Shown: in pieces, positions 36,901 through 51,900 of the stretch | Position numbering within the stretch: position 1 is the first letter of the stretch | Layout of the letters: the number at the start of each line of letters is the position of its first letter | Assembly (NCBI RefSeq): GCF_009834535.1 | Contig: NC_045697.1 | Span: 49,168,001-49,232,000, forward strand | Direction of reading: 5' to 3' | From: Camelus ferus | Taxonomy: Eukaryota | Length of the DNA: 64,000 nt | Program-made: the position numbers and the translations under genes | Notes under the pieces: model-generated | What the model was told of the DNA's origin: nothing | The model's database searches: none | Seen by the model: the letters and a program-made list of their open reading frames with translations, nothing else

Positions 36901-39900
36901 TATGTTTATTTGAAAAGAAAGATTCAAACTACTGCTATAAGTGGAAAATCAGTATAAAGAAAAGATAACTGAAAATAAGTACACAGAAAATATAATAGTG
37001 TTAATAAATTCTAGCTAGATACTTTGCTTTGAGCCCTGAGCCTTAGATTTGTTCTCCCCTTTGTTGACAAGTGAGATAAGCAGATGACATGAGGCATTAA
37101 AAGCATACGAGCACCAAACAGACTTTAAAAAAAAAAATGTATTCAGTAATCAAAAGAGAAATTTTTACATAATTCAGTCTATTTAGTGACTTGGCTGTTG
37201 CTTGACGGCTGTAATTTCATGTACCGGGGGTACTTATCTACTAACACTTTGGAAATAACTGATCTGATACAACTTAGCCCTTTCCTCTATTGGAGAAATT
37301 GTAGCATAGAGAAGATAAGTGACTTGCCCCAACTTATGCAGCCAGCTAAGCTTTAGCTTAGAATTTGTCCATTTGTTGTCTTTTTCACTGTATCTTTCTT
37401 TATAATAAGAGAAGGAAATTGTTTATTAAGCTGACATTGACATAACATTGATATAATGACTCTTTTTGCTTATTTTGTATCCTAATTTGTATTTATTATA
37501 CAAATAAATATAACAACAGTAAACGTTGTTTAAAAAAAATTCTGCAACTTCACAAACTTTACTCTTTTGGTGTGGATCTAATATTAATATCATGGATCTA
37601 ATTTGTGTTCTGATAATGGAATTAGTTATATTAAGATGATATTAGAAAGGCAGGTTTAACATTCTGAGGATTGACTTAGCATATTAGTTTCCTATTATTG
37701 CTGTAACAAAGTGTCACAAACTTAGTGGTTTAAAACATACTATCTTACAGTTCTGGAAATCAGAAATCCAGAAATGAGTTTCCCTGAACTAAAATCAAGG
37801 TGTTGACAGGACTGTGTTACTTCTTGGAGCCTCTAAGGGAGAATCCGTTACTCTGCCTTATCCAGTTTAGATCCAGAGTCTCTGCATTCCTTGGCTTAGC
37901 TCCTTCTCCATCCTCAAAGCCAGCAGCATAGCATCTCCACATCTCACTTTGACTCTGACTTCCCTCTTCTCTTTTAAAAACCCTTATATTATGTTGAACC
38001 CACCCTGATAATCCAGGATAATCTTGATTGATTTAATCACACCCTTGAAGTGCCTTTTGCTGTGAATGGTAACATAATTTATAGGTTCTGGGGATTAGGA
38101 CATGGACCTTTTTTTGGGGGTGGGGGGCATTATTCTGCCTACCATATCTAAGATATGAATTGATTGATTTTTTTTTGGAAAAACTAATTTTGGGGTATGT
38201 TTTTAGCATTAGGTGGTCTCTTCAGTCAGCCTACACAAGCTCCTGCCCAGTCCAACCAACTGATAAATACTGCAAGTGCTCTTTCTGCTCCTACGCTACT
38301 GGGAGATGAGAGAGATGCTATTTTGGCAAAATGGAATCAACTACAGGCCTTTTGGGGAACAGGAAAAGGATATTTCAACAATAACATTCCACCAGTGGAG
38401 TTCACACAAGAAAATCCCTTTTGCCGATTTAAGGTATTAATACTACTTTTGATCTTTACTTGAAGATTGTATAAGAAAATATGATATTTGGATTAAAATT
38501 ATACAAAAAAACCAGTTGTTTGGTTTTTTAGTACTCCTTGAACATGTATAATAACATTTTTGTTTAAAAGTACAGAAATTATAAAATTGAAGTGATTTCT
38601 TACATACGTGTGATTGAGATAACTAGAATACAACTGAAGGAAGGTGTGATTAGAATGTAACTTCTAGCAAGAAAAAACTTTAACAGAGGGGAAATGGTCT
38701 GCTTGGCACCTATGAAGGGGTGGCCTAAAACTAGAATTCAGTGGTAGCTATCTAACGTTGTCCAAGAAAGTGCACCTAACCAGCAGGTGGGAGTAACTGC
38801 TTGGCATGTGTAATCCTATTGTCACTATAATAGCTGGATGCCAAAGTTGCTTTCTTTGTTCTCATTCTGTGCTTACTGAACAAGTTTCTCGGTTGCATTT
38901 GGCTTCTCAGAGATTCTGTTCGTTAGCCAGTGAGAGTATATAGCTCAACTTGGTGATCTCTTTTTCATAAAAAATTAATGTATTGTAATCCAATTTATAT
39001 GTCAGCCTCTTTTGCGTTTTATTGGCCTATGTCAGTCTCTTAAACTTAATCAATGTCTGTATAAGCTGGTGTTTGGAGTTGCAGGGCTGAGGCTTTATAA
39101 TTGTGTGACCTCCTAGGGCATAAAGTGGTAGGAGGAATCATTACATACTCCCTGCATTACCAGACATTAAGCTGTTTTCCCTGTTTTAACACAGATACTA
39201 AGCTATTAATATTAAACATCTGATTTAAGATCTGTACATATTTTTGATACTGTTTATTTTGTCATTCCACAGGCAGTAGGTTATAGTTGTATGCCCAATA
39301 ATAAAGATGAAGATGGGCTAGTGGTTTTAGTTTTCAACAAAAAAGAAACAGATATTCGAAGCCAGCAACAGCAGTTGGTAGAATCACTGCATAAAGTTTT
39401 GGGAGGAAACCAGACCCTTACTGTAAATGTAGAGGGTATTAAAACATTGCCAGATGATCAGTAAGTATACATTAAATACACTGTATATTTCTGTGTGCTT
39501 TCCTCCAAAGAGAGTGATCAACAGTGTTTTTACTGCTAAAGCACAAATTAAACCTCAAAGCAAAATACTATTTCTCAGCTAGTGATTCTTCAGTATTTAT
39601 AGAAAAATTTGTTTAAAAGCTTTTTTCTTAATGTTAGATTTCTTAACTTATTAGATGCTAATAATTTCTCAGATTTTTCATTCAGAAACAGGAAGAAACA
39701 CTAATCATGGCTATGTGCAAATCAAGGGCCACAGAGACTTTCTGAAATGTTTTAACTGATTACTGTTCATGTTCGTTCATGGATAAATATGACTAACTTC
39801 CCTCGTCCTGTGTATAACTGTCATACTTAGTGACAAGACATTTGCTTTGGGATATTTTGGGTTAGGAGAATTTTTGTTGTTAGATATAATAACTGAAATC

Positions 39901-42900
39901 AGATTGCACTTTTTGGTCTTAATTGCAGTGAAGCAACCCATAAGCTTCAACAGAATCTCCACAAAGTGTTTCTTGATTTGGGGAAAAAATAACATTTACA
40001 TAGGACTTTGCAGCTAAGCATACTTTTTGCAGTCTATTTTGTCTCATTTTAACTTTATTTCTGAATTCAGCTAGCACTCTTCTAAAATCACATGCTGCAT
40101 TGATACTTGTGACTGTGAGTTATGTGCTCCATATTTTATAACTTGGTTATTTTTCCCCAGGACAGAAGTTGTCATTTATGTTGTTGAGCGTTCTCCAAAT
40201 GGTACTTCAAGAAGAGTTCCAGCTACAACGCTATATGCCTATTTTGAACAAACCAATATAAAAACACAATTGCAGCAACTTGGTGTAACCCTTTCTATGA
40301 CTAGAACAGAACTTTCTCCTGCACAGATTAAACAGCTTTTACAGAATCCTCCTGCTGGTATGTTTCCAAAGTCATGGAGTTAAGGAAATGAAAGATTTAG
40401 AAATACATGCTTCCTCTGTTTTGGGAGATGTTGGCACAGGTCATTAATGTTAATAAAACCAGTGTCAGCTTATCACATGCCTTCTTATTTGGAACATAGT
40501 ATTGAATGTTTATTCATTCATTTAGTTTTTTCTATTATATAGCTAATATGTTTGTTAGAAATTTTGGTAAATGATGAACTAAAGAAAAATAGTCCATAAT
40601 CCATCTACCCAAAGGTAATTCAGTCTTGATATTTTATTTTTATCTACCTTATGTCTTGTTTTAACTGAGTATTCAAGTAAAACCTGGATGTGTTCTCACT
40701 ATAAAGATTCTAGATGGCATAACTAGATTGACTATGTTAACAGATCTTCTTTACGTCTCTTTCCACAGAAGTAGCTACTATTAATAATTTATTGTACTTT
40801 ATTAGTCCTTTATCTGTGATTTTAGTATAAGCATGTTAAGTCATTAAAAAAAGGATTCTATATTGTACATTTACTGCAGCCTGCCTTTTTACTTACGGTA
40901 TTTCTTAGTACTTTCTATGTCAGTGAATGAAGATAAATCTTACTTTTTAAAAACTGTGTGGAATACTGTCGGTGTACTTTACTGTATGTAACCTCCAGGT
41001 TGTTTCTACCTTTTCACTATTATATACTGTGCAACAATTAACATCTTTGTAAATATGTCTTAGAACACATGAGCATGCATTTTTTTAGAACAGACCTCTA
41101 GTAGTGAAATTTTTGAGTAAAGATTATCTATACAGTCAGCCCTCTGCATCTGAGGGTTCTACAGCCCCAGGTTCTACATCCACACATTCAACTAACTGCA
41201 GCTCCAAAATAGGGGAAGAAATTCTATAAAGTACCAAAAAGCAAAACTTGAATTGCTGTGCCCTGGCAACTATTTACATAACATTTACATTGTGTCAGGT
41301 ATTATAAGTAACCTACAAATGATTTAAAGTATATGGGAGGGTGGGCATAGGTTATTTGCAAATACTACACTGTTTTTTCACAATGGACTTGAACATCCCC
41401 AGGAAAGTGGGGTTGATCCTGCATCGGATCCTCTCTGGATACCAGAGGGATGACTGTACTTTATGTATTGTTACATACTGCCAGACTGCTCTTCAGAGGA
41501 AGTTCTGCCATTTACATTCATAACAGGAATGTGTTATTTTTCTCATATTTTAAATTTTTCTAATGTTTTCTCATTTTGCTCTATTTTTGCCAACAGTGGA
41601 GATTATTAGTCTTTTAAATTTTGCCACTGATTGCAAAAAATTAACACTTATTTTCATTTGCATTTCCCTGATTACTACTAAAGTGGACCATATTTTTTGT
41701 TTATTAATCACTTGATTATAATTTTTGTGAGTTACTTATTGATATCATTTGCCCAGTTTCTATTAAATTTTTTGTCTTTCTGATTTATAGGCGCTCTTCC
41801 TATATTCTGGACGTTAATCTATTATCCTGTAGGTTATAGATATTTGTTTTCAAGCTACCCTTTTTTTATAAGCTTTATCCTACAATTTTTTTTTGTAGTG
41901 GTCATATTTGACAGTCATTTTTCATTACAGCTTCTAGGTTTTGTATCTTTAGGAAGGCCCTTCCCATACAAATATTATAAAAATGGGAAATATTTCCTTT
42001 TAGAAAAATGATTTCTTTTTTGTGGTAGGTGTTGATCCTATTATCTGGGAACAAGCCAAAGTGGATAACCCTGATTCTGAAAAGTAAGTGTATCTTCATC
42101 TTGTTTCCATATAAGAATTATTTACTACTAGGGAAGCAAACAAATGCAAGCTGTTAACTATAATTCTTATATTTGATGTGAGTTTATTTCCATTTTCATT
42201 GCTTTTTAAAGAATGTCGATTATGGTAAGGCAGCATAGCATGGTGAAAACATTAAAATCTGAGGATCAGTCCGTGATTATTTACTTGCATTTAATAATGC
42301 AGTTTTTGACCAAACTATATTTCCTCATTCATAAAATAAGGAGGTTGAGTGAAATCTCTGTGGTGTAACATTATTGATTTCATAGTCATAGATCTGCCTT
42401 TGAACCCTGGAAATGTAATATGAAATTACATGAATGTTATTATGAAAACCTTACTTTGTATTTTGTAATATAGGCTTAGGTATGAAAATTGACCACTTGC
42501 ATTTCTTCAGGTTAATTCCTGTACCAATGGTGGGTTTCAAAGAACTTCTTCGAAGACTGAAGGTTCAAGATCAGATGACTAAGCAGCATCAGACCAGACT
42601 GGATGTAAGAACTCATCCTCCGGCCCTGGGAATGGTGTAGGGGTTACACACACTTCTTTCTATACTATGTGATAGAGTGTATACTGCAAATTAATAATTA
42701 AAGTTTTATACAACTTCTTTCTTTATTATAGAGCCTCCAGAATGATGTGTATCTGACTTGACATATTTTAACAATGAATTTAGAATTGTTGACTTAACAA
42801 ATTAGACTTATTTTCAATTCCAGCCAGAGAATGCATATTATTTTATTAAACACTTATTTATGGGGCCTTATGAAAATGAAGGCCACAATTATGATATGTT

Positions 42901-45900
42901 GTCATAATATATTACGATTTTAGGTTAATGAAACAGATTTAAGTTATTGTATGCTTAAATCTACTTAATATTTTCTATATTTTTTTATTGAAGTATAGTC
43001 AACTTACAATGTTGTGTCAATTTTTCTATGTCTGAGTCTGTTTCTGTTTTGTAAATAAGTTCATTTGTGTCTTTTTATAGATTCCACTTATAAGTGGTAC
43101 TGTATGGTATTTTTCTTCCTCTTTCTGCCTTACTTCACTTAGTATAATAATCACCAGGTCCGCCCATGTTGCAGCAAATGGCATTATTTTATTCTTTTTT
43201 AAAATAGACTTTTGTAATCAAATGCCTAAAGGTTCTTAAAGGTCACTTCCAGATTCTCTTACATGGAATTCCTAATTATTCATTCAGACTCTGAGTAATG
43301 AAAAGCTTACTATTTATGAAGCAATGCATTTCACCATCGGCTAGCTCTAATTGATACAAATTCCCTTCCTGTATTGACTCAGAATCTGCCTTGCTGTAAT
43401 TCATACACATTTTCTCTGGCATGCTTTGTGGGTAATCACTGTGTTCCTATGACAGCCCTACAGATACTTGAACATCATAATCGTTCTTCCTTTTTAGTAT
43501 TATTTTCTCTGGCTGAAATTTCCAGCATGGTTTTTGAATGTGACATGATTTCCAGGCCCTCACTGTCTTAGGCAGGATACATTGAATTTATAGGCATCAC
43601 TTTTAAAATGAGTTGTTCATGGTACTATACATGAGGTATGTCCAGAGTTCTTCAGAATAAGGCCAAAGAAGCTATTACTTGTCTTTGTTTTTATCAGTCT
43701 TGCTAGGGGTTTGTCAATTTTATCAATCTTTTCAAAGAACAAGTTTTGTTTTCAATTTTTTTCTAGCTTTCTGTTTACAGTTTCATAAACTTTCACTCCT
43801 GTTTCCTTTATTCTGCTTGCTTTGGGTTTTCTCTTTTTCTAGTGTCTTAAAGTCGCAGCTTAGGTTATTGAGACATCTCTTATTTTCTAATAAAGGCATT
43901 TAATGCTGTTAATTTCCTTCTAAGCACCGCTTTACCTGAATTCCGTAAATTTTGATGTATTTTCATCTTTGATTCATTCAAAATATTTTCAGATTTCTGT
44001 TGAGAATCCTATTTGACTTGAATTTTTTGACTAGTGGATAACTTAGAAGTATGTTTCATTTTCAAGTGTTTGGATATTTTGCTGTTACTCTGTTGTTGCC
44101 ATCTAGTCTAATTCTGTTATGGTCAGAGAACTCTGTATGATTTTAGTTCTTCTAACTTTGTAAAGGTTTTTTAACCCACATGCCTATGAAAAGAAAATGG
44201 ATTCTGCTGTTCTTGGAGTTTTCTGTTAGTGTCATTGAGATCCATTTGGTAAGTGGTTCAGTTCTTCTATATTCTTGTTGATTTTTCTGTCTACTAGTTA
44301 CAGTGTAAAAGGAGAGTTGAAGTCTCCAGCTGCAATTGTGGATTTGTCTTTTTCTCTTTTCAGTTCTATCAGTTTTCCTTCATGTATTTTGAAGGTTTGC
44401 TGTTAAGTACATATGTATCTAGGATTGCTAAATTTTCTTGGCACATAGACTTTTAGTATTCTATAATGTTCCTCTTTACCCCTGGCAATTATCTTTACTC
44501 CAAAGTCTGCTTTCTCTGATATTAATATAAATAAAGCCACTCTAGCTTTCTTTTCATCAGTGTTTTTATCGTGGTATCTTTTCCCATCCTTTTACTTCTA
44601 ATGTACCTTTTTTTTTGGTATTTATCTATTTATTGGTAAAGGACATTTCTGTTGTTTTGTATGGAGTACTGATAATGATCAATCAAAATTACTGAATCTA
44701 TATCTTGGTGCACATATAGAAGAATTTCTTTAAGATATATCTAAAAATGGATTTTTAGGTCATACCTTCATCATATTTTAAGTAAGTTTTTTGTAGACAG
44801 CATAAAGTTTAGATTTAGGCCTCCAGCTTATTAACTGTTCCCTCTTTTTTCCTGTTTCCTCTTTTCTACTTTCTTCTCGGTTATTTGGACAGTTTTTAGT
44901 ATTCTGTTTTTAATTTATTGTTATTTCTACTGTCAGTGTTTTTAGTGGTTGCCCTAGGGCAGTAGTTCTCATTGGGGGTTGGTGGTGGTGATTTTGTCCC
45001 CCAGGGCGCATTTGGTAACATCTGGAGACTTGTTTGGTTGTTACAGCTAGGGTGGGAGGCGGTGCTCCAGGCATCTAGTGGGTAGAGGCCAGGATGCTGA
45101 TAAACATCCTACAGTGTACAGAACAGTACCACTGCAGCAAAGAATTATCTGGCCCATATTGGTAGTGTTAAAAGTGAGAAACCCTTCTCTAAATATTACA
45201 ATGTTATGTCCTTACACCACAGCATATAGGCTTTTCTTGGAGTTGTCGGCACGATGCTCACTTCCAGATTTTGGGCTGTGTTGAAACCAGACTAGGGGAC
45301 TACCTGACAGGAAAATAATGGTAAACTCACCACCAGTTCAGTGGTCCTTCAAATTCATGTCTTCTTCCTCTTGCCACTATTTATTTTTCAAAGTCCTCAG
45401 GTACGAATGTGCATTCTGTTCAAGTTTTACAGCTGTCTTCAATGGGAGAGATACAGTGGCATGTACATAGTCCATCTTGTCCAGAATCAAAATTGTTCAT
45501 ATCTTTTGCCAATTTTTCTCTTGGGCTTTATATCTTTTCTTTTTGAATTTCAGGAGTTCATCATTTATTTTAGATTTTAATCCCTAGTCTGTTTATAACA
45601 TGTCTCCTACTTTTCTCATCTTTCTGCTAACTCTGTCTTTAGTATCATTAGTTGAACAGAAAAACCTTAATTTTAATGTAATGATATCCATTGATTTTTT
45701 TTTTCTCATGTTTTCCTTTATGGGAATTTGCTTAAGAAATCATTCCTCACCCACAGTCTGAGTCTCCTACATTTTTTTCTAATAATTTAGTTTATCCTTT
45801 CACATTTGAGTCTTTTGTCCACATGGAGCTCACTTTATATATACTAAGTGGTATGAACCCAACTTTCTCTAAAGAGTGGGTCAGTTTTTCCAATGTCATA

Positions 45901-48900
45901 CACAAAAAACTGATATTTTCCTCAGTGACTTATCAAAGCATTTATCAAACAAAGTTCCCATATGTATGTGAGGTAGTCTGTTCTTATATTAGTTTCGTAT
46001 TTTTTTACTCTTATGGCTTTGTAGTATATCTTAAAGATATGTGGTAGAATGAATCTCCAATCTTTGTTCTTTTCAAATTTTTAAGCTCTTATGGATCTTC
46101 AGTCTTCTGTAATAGATTTAAAATGAGTTTGTCAGAATGGTAAATTTTAGTTAGAATTACATTAAATATATAATTTGTAGATAATTGAATCTTGACAATA
46201 TTAAATGTTTCCATCATAAACATATTTCTTTACTCATTGAGGTCCTTTACTCATTGAAGACATACTCAAGATTCGACCTTTGGAACAGTTTTAAAATAAA
46301 CTATATAAAAATTATATGCATTTTTTTTTCTTGGTTAATTTGTAGATTGTTTTAGTGTCTGTCAGTAAATACTGTGAATGGTAACATTTCTGTTTTTTGT
46401 TAGTATTGCTCGTATCCAGTAGTAGTTAACTCTTGTTGTCTAGAAACCCTGCCGAATTTTCAAAACTGCAATTGAGGGGTGGGGGTGGAGGTGCCTGGGT
46501 TACATAATAAATAATGAGGATGGCCACCTAATTTTGTGCCTGCCAACATGCCTGGCATTGGAAAATTTCCTTAAAAGGTGACATGTGTAGACAGACACGC
46601 TAAAATGTGTCTTGTACAATCTTCTTACCCTTTTACTTATAACATCTCAACATAAGCCAGTGACACAGAATGATTAAGTATGATAGGAAAAATTATGGGC
46701 TTAATTCCGATTGGGAAGCTTTAATGAAATGAGATTTTAACTTGCTCTGTAAGGTTAAGATTTTCATAAGGCAAAACAGTAGGATTTCAGCCCAGGCAAA
46801 GAGCAAATCAAAGACCCAGGGGAATAAAAATGTCTTCAGTTGTGTGATTAACAGCCATCCTTTCCCTCTCCACTCCAAGCATCTCCCCCCATAGTATTTT
46901 GTAACAGTTAATATTGGACTATACTTTCAGCATGTAGTTATATTTAATTATCTATTAAGGTCCCTTCTGCATATCACTTTATAGATCTTTTTCCATTCAT
47001 GGCCTGGTTGTTGGCTCTGTTCCATAGTATTACTTCAAATTCCTTAATTATTTCTGAAGTGTATGTTTTACTTTTCTGTATACCTTGCCTCATCACTAAA
47101 TTTCCTGGAGCTTAAAGAAATCTTTGAATGATACTTTTTAACTTTTAGGTGTACAAAAGGGGAAGAAATATAAAAGCAGATTTAAAGGGAAAGAGTTTAT
47201 ATTTTGAGAGAGAAATCTCAGGCTTATCTTAGAATTAGACTTTGCTTGTAAGTGAACCTGATAAAACAGTTGTGATATCAATACTTGATTTACCTTTATT
47301 TATTTTAAAACAGATCATATCTGAAGATATTAGTGAATTACAGAAGAATCAAACTACGACTATGGCCAAAATTGCACAGTACAAGAGGAAGCTCATGGAC
47401 CTTTCCCATAGAACCTTACAGGTAGTAATTTGGATTTTTTCCCCCAATACTTATAAGACTATATGCATTATGGAAGTGTTAAATGTGGATTTTTACAATA
47501 GAAGAAAAAAAACAGACTAAAAAAAATAAGAGTAAAACTGAAAGTACCAGACTTTCTCAATAAAACCTAGAAGTTGGAGGAGAGGTCCCACAAGATGGGT
47601 GAAGAAAGTGAAAATATTCTAAAATGCACATTTTATTGAGAGGGTGGGGGAAAAGCAGTGGAAAAATAAATCATCTTAGTGTAAAAAGAGCATGCATCAG
47701 ATCATTAATAGTTTTCAGAAAAACAAAAATACAGTTTTGATTTTGAGTGTTAGAAAAGGGAGTGCAGCCATTAATGAATGAAAGCAACAATAGAACTTGC
47801 AAGTTAACAAGAGGGAATAAAAGAATGAATAGCAACACAAATTCAAATTATCATGAAAACAAGTATTATATACCAGAATCAGTGGGATATACAGCAAAAG
47901 CTGTACTCAGAGTAAAACTTACAGCCTTAGAAAATCTTCATTTTTTTTTAAGTGCAAATGAAAAAAAATAAAGAACTTAGTATTCATCTTGTTATAAAAA
48001 TTCTATCAAGAGCTAAAAGAAACCAGTAAGAGAAAAATAAAGAAAATGAGTGAAGCAGAAAAAAAAATCATATATAAAAAGTAAATTGCGAAGCTGTTAC
48101 TTTGAAAAGACTGTTAAAATGGCTACACATAAGTGAAGAAGGAAGGAAAAGAAGACTCATCTCATGAGCCTGAAGAATGAAAAGAAAAATCAAAAGTGAG
48201 AAAGGAGACATTACCACAGATATACACAACAGAGTAAGAAAATACTGTGTGCAGTTCAGGGCAGTAAGTTTGGAAGTTAGAACATGATTTTCTAGCAAAA
48301 TTGAAATTACTAAACTTGATCTACAGAGAAGAATCTTACATAGGCAACTACCATAGAAACAATTGGGAAAGTTACTAAAAGTCAACCATGGAAAAAGCAC
48401 CAAGGCCAGATAGTTTCATTGCTGAATTTTGTCTAACCATTAAAGAGCTAATTCTAAAGTTACTTTATTTCAGACAAAAGGAAAAATAAAGACAACTGCT
48501 TTGTTTTTTTTAAACAGCTTTACTGAGATATAATTCACATACCATACAATTCACCTATTTAAAGTGTATAACCCAATGATTTTTATTATATTCACAGTTT
48601 GGTACAACCATCACTACAATTTTAGAACATTCTCAGTATCCTAAAATGAAACTCCATACCCATTAGCAGCCACTCCCCATTTCATCTCAAACCCCCTAGC
48701 CCTAGGCAACGACTTTGTTTCTACATATTTGCCTATTTTGGACACTTCCTATAAATAAAGTCATATGATATGTGGTATTTTTTTGACTGGCTTTCTTTCA
48801 TATAGCATATTTTCAAGGTTCATTTGTGTTGTGGCATGTAACAGTACTTGATTCCTTTTTAGGGCTGAATAATATTTCATTGTATGAATATACCACATTT

Positions 48901-51900
48901 TAATTTATTCATCAATTGATGAACACTTTGGTTGTTTCTACTTTTTTGGCTATTATGAATAATGCTTCTATCAACCCTCATGTACAAGAGTTTGTGTGGA
49001 TGTATGCTTTCATTTTTCTTGGGTATATAAACCTAGGATGGGAATTGCTTGGTCATGTGGTAACTCTATATGTTCAACTTTTAAAGAACTACCAAACTGT
49101 CTTCTGGAGCAACCTGACCATTTTACATCTCTGTTTTTAGTACCCCAAAATAAAAATCTATAAACAGCTAATTCTAATAGGGATGCAAATTACGCTAAGT
49201 GAAAGAAGTCAGACTGAAATGCTACATGCGGTATTATTCCATTTATATGACATTATGCAAAAAGGCAAAACTAGAGATGGGTAACAGCAGTAGTTGCTAG
49301 CAGCAGGAGGTAAGGGGAGAGTGACTACCAGGGCAGGAGGTAACTTTCTAGTGTGCTAGAAATGTTCTGTATCTTGATTGTGTTGATGGTTACCTGTGTT
49401 TGTCCAAATGCATATAACTGTACACCTGAATTTTGAATTTTGTTGTATGTGGATTATACCTCAGTAAACCTAACCAAAGGAAGCAAATGCAGAAATTCTA
49501 AATAAAATATAAGCAAAGAGAATCCAGGTATTTATCAAATTCTAAAGGAATGCACTTAGACTCAGCAAGGTTTACTTCAGGAATGGAGGGTTGGTTCTCT
49601 AACAGGGTATCTATCAACATAATTTATCATGTCAACACATGAAGGGAAAATGTATGATAAAGACTAGTTGCCAAAAATGTACAGCAAATTTTCTAAGAAG
49701 CAAAGCAGTAGAATCACATTAAGAAACTAAACCCTGATACCCAATATTATTATTCACTGTTATTATGAAGGTTTTCATAAATAGAATGAGCAAGGTAGTT
49801 AATTAGTATAAACATTGAAAAGAGATCATCTTTTTGCTGATCACTTGGTTGTACATCTAGAAAACCCAAGGAAATAAACTATATATTTCATGCGGTAAGA
49901 TAGCTCAATATGAGGTAAATGTACAAAAATCAGTGTGTCTTTATATTATTAATGGAAATAGGAAAGTACTCCATTCAGTATTATGAAACAACTATAAAAT
50001 GCTTAGGAATAAATTTATGAGGAAAGTACACAGTCTGAATTAAAGTTTTCACAACTAGATAAATCATATTCTTAAATAAGAAGAAAATAGCTACTTTATA
50101 AAATTTAAAAATGATTTACAACTTCTAAAAAATTGATTAAAATCATTCAGTTCATAAATAAGGAAAAGTGTTTTGAGAATAGCTTCTGGGGGAACAAAAA
50201 ATAGTGAAAGGGACTTGCTCTATCAAATTTTAGAACCTATTTTAAAGCTCTTGTAATCAAGTCAATATGAGATTGGAGTAGGATTGGAAATAAAGGCCCA
50301 CAGAATAGAATGGAGAATCCAGAAATAGGTGCTCATGTATCTTAATATGACAGAAGTGGTAATTCAATTCAGTGGGTTTATTTAATAATTAACGCTAGAG
50401 TAACTGGCTATCCATCTGGAAAGTAGAATAGAATTAGACCACTGTATCACACCATGTCCAAAAAAGGTGGATTATAGACCAAGAAATTTATGAGGCTACA
50501 TGTACAACCTAGAGGTTGGAGAGACTTTTGGCCAGAAAGCCACAAACTATAAAATAAAATTGACTATATAAGAATTAGAAAATTTTGTGGAAGAAAAAGA
50601 TACCAGAAGCCATTTGTCAATAGTCAAGTGATTTCAGAAAAAATGCTGAATTTTCAAAGTGTTGATTTTAGTCATAGTGTTAATATTTATATTACATGAG
50701 AAGATCCTATAATTTGGCCCCCCCCCCCAAAAAAATGCAACTGAAATATGAGCAAAGAATGTGTAAAGGCAGTTCACAGAAGAGCAAATGCAAAGTAGTT
50801 CTTAACCATTAAAAGATGGTCCTTTAACATTTAAGGGAATGCAGGTTTTAAAAAATTTTTGTGTGTGAGATGCCTTTTTACTCATCAGGCTGAGAAAAGT
50901 TTAAACATCATCACCTGTTGCTGACAAGAATGTGTGGAAAAGGGTAGTCTTACATGTGGATTATGAATAGAAGATCTTTCAGGAGAGCAATCTAACAGCT
51001 TCTGAAGACTGAAAACGTATTTTTAGACCCAGCAATCTCATTCTTGAGGGTCTATACCAGTAAATATATATATCTTTATGTATTTTTATATATATACTTA
51101 TATATAAATGTTTATTACAACATTGTTCAGTGTCAAAACTAGAAACAAAATATATGCTTCTCAATATAAGAATACTTTAATAAATTATTAATACATGAAA
51201 ATTATGTAGTCATTAAAAGTAACATTACTGTAACTTGCCTAATAAAAATGGGCAAACATTCAAATCTTGAACTGTTATGGTTCTTACTATTGTTAGTGTA
51301 TTCAGCTGATTTCTTTCAATAATAGATGTGTAATAAAATTACTTGCATAACTGCAAAGAGATGGCTTCTGTTGATATTGGTGGGTTTTCTTTGTATAGGT
51401 GCTAATCAAACAGGAAATTCAGAGGAAGAGTGGGTATGCCATCCAAGCTGATGAAGAGCAGCTGCGAGTTCAGCTAGATACAATTCAATGTGAACTGAAT
51501 GCGCCTACTCAGTTTAAGGTAAGCACTTGTAAGACCATGAAGCTAGAATTTGTTTTGGGTGGATCTACAGAGAAATGTTACTTAGTCTTCAAAAAGAGGA
51601 ATTTTGTATACTTGTTTTTATTGAGTATTTGTTCTCTTTAATCAAAACCTCCTTTCTAAAGTAGACTCTTAATCGTGATGTTTGGGACTTGTCTTAATGT
51701 TTTAAATAATGTAGAGGGAGAATTAAAACATCTGATTAGAGTAGTGCCCATCCTTTTAAAATAAAACATTCTCTTTTAGAAATGCTTGCTGTTGTGAGCA
51801 GTTGTAATTCAATTCGGTATTATTTTAGGGCCGACTAAATGAACTGATGTCCCAAATCAGGATGCAGAATCATTTTGGAGCAGTCAAATCTGAAGAAAGA

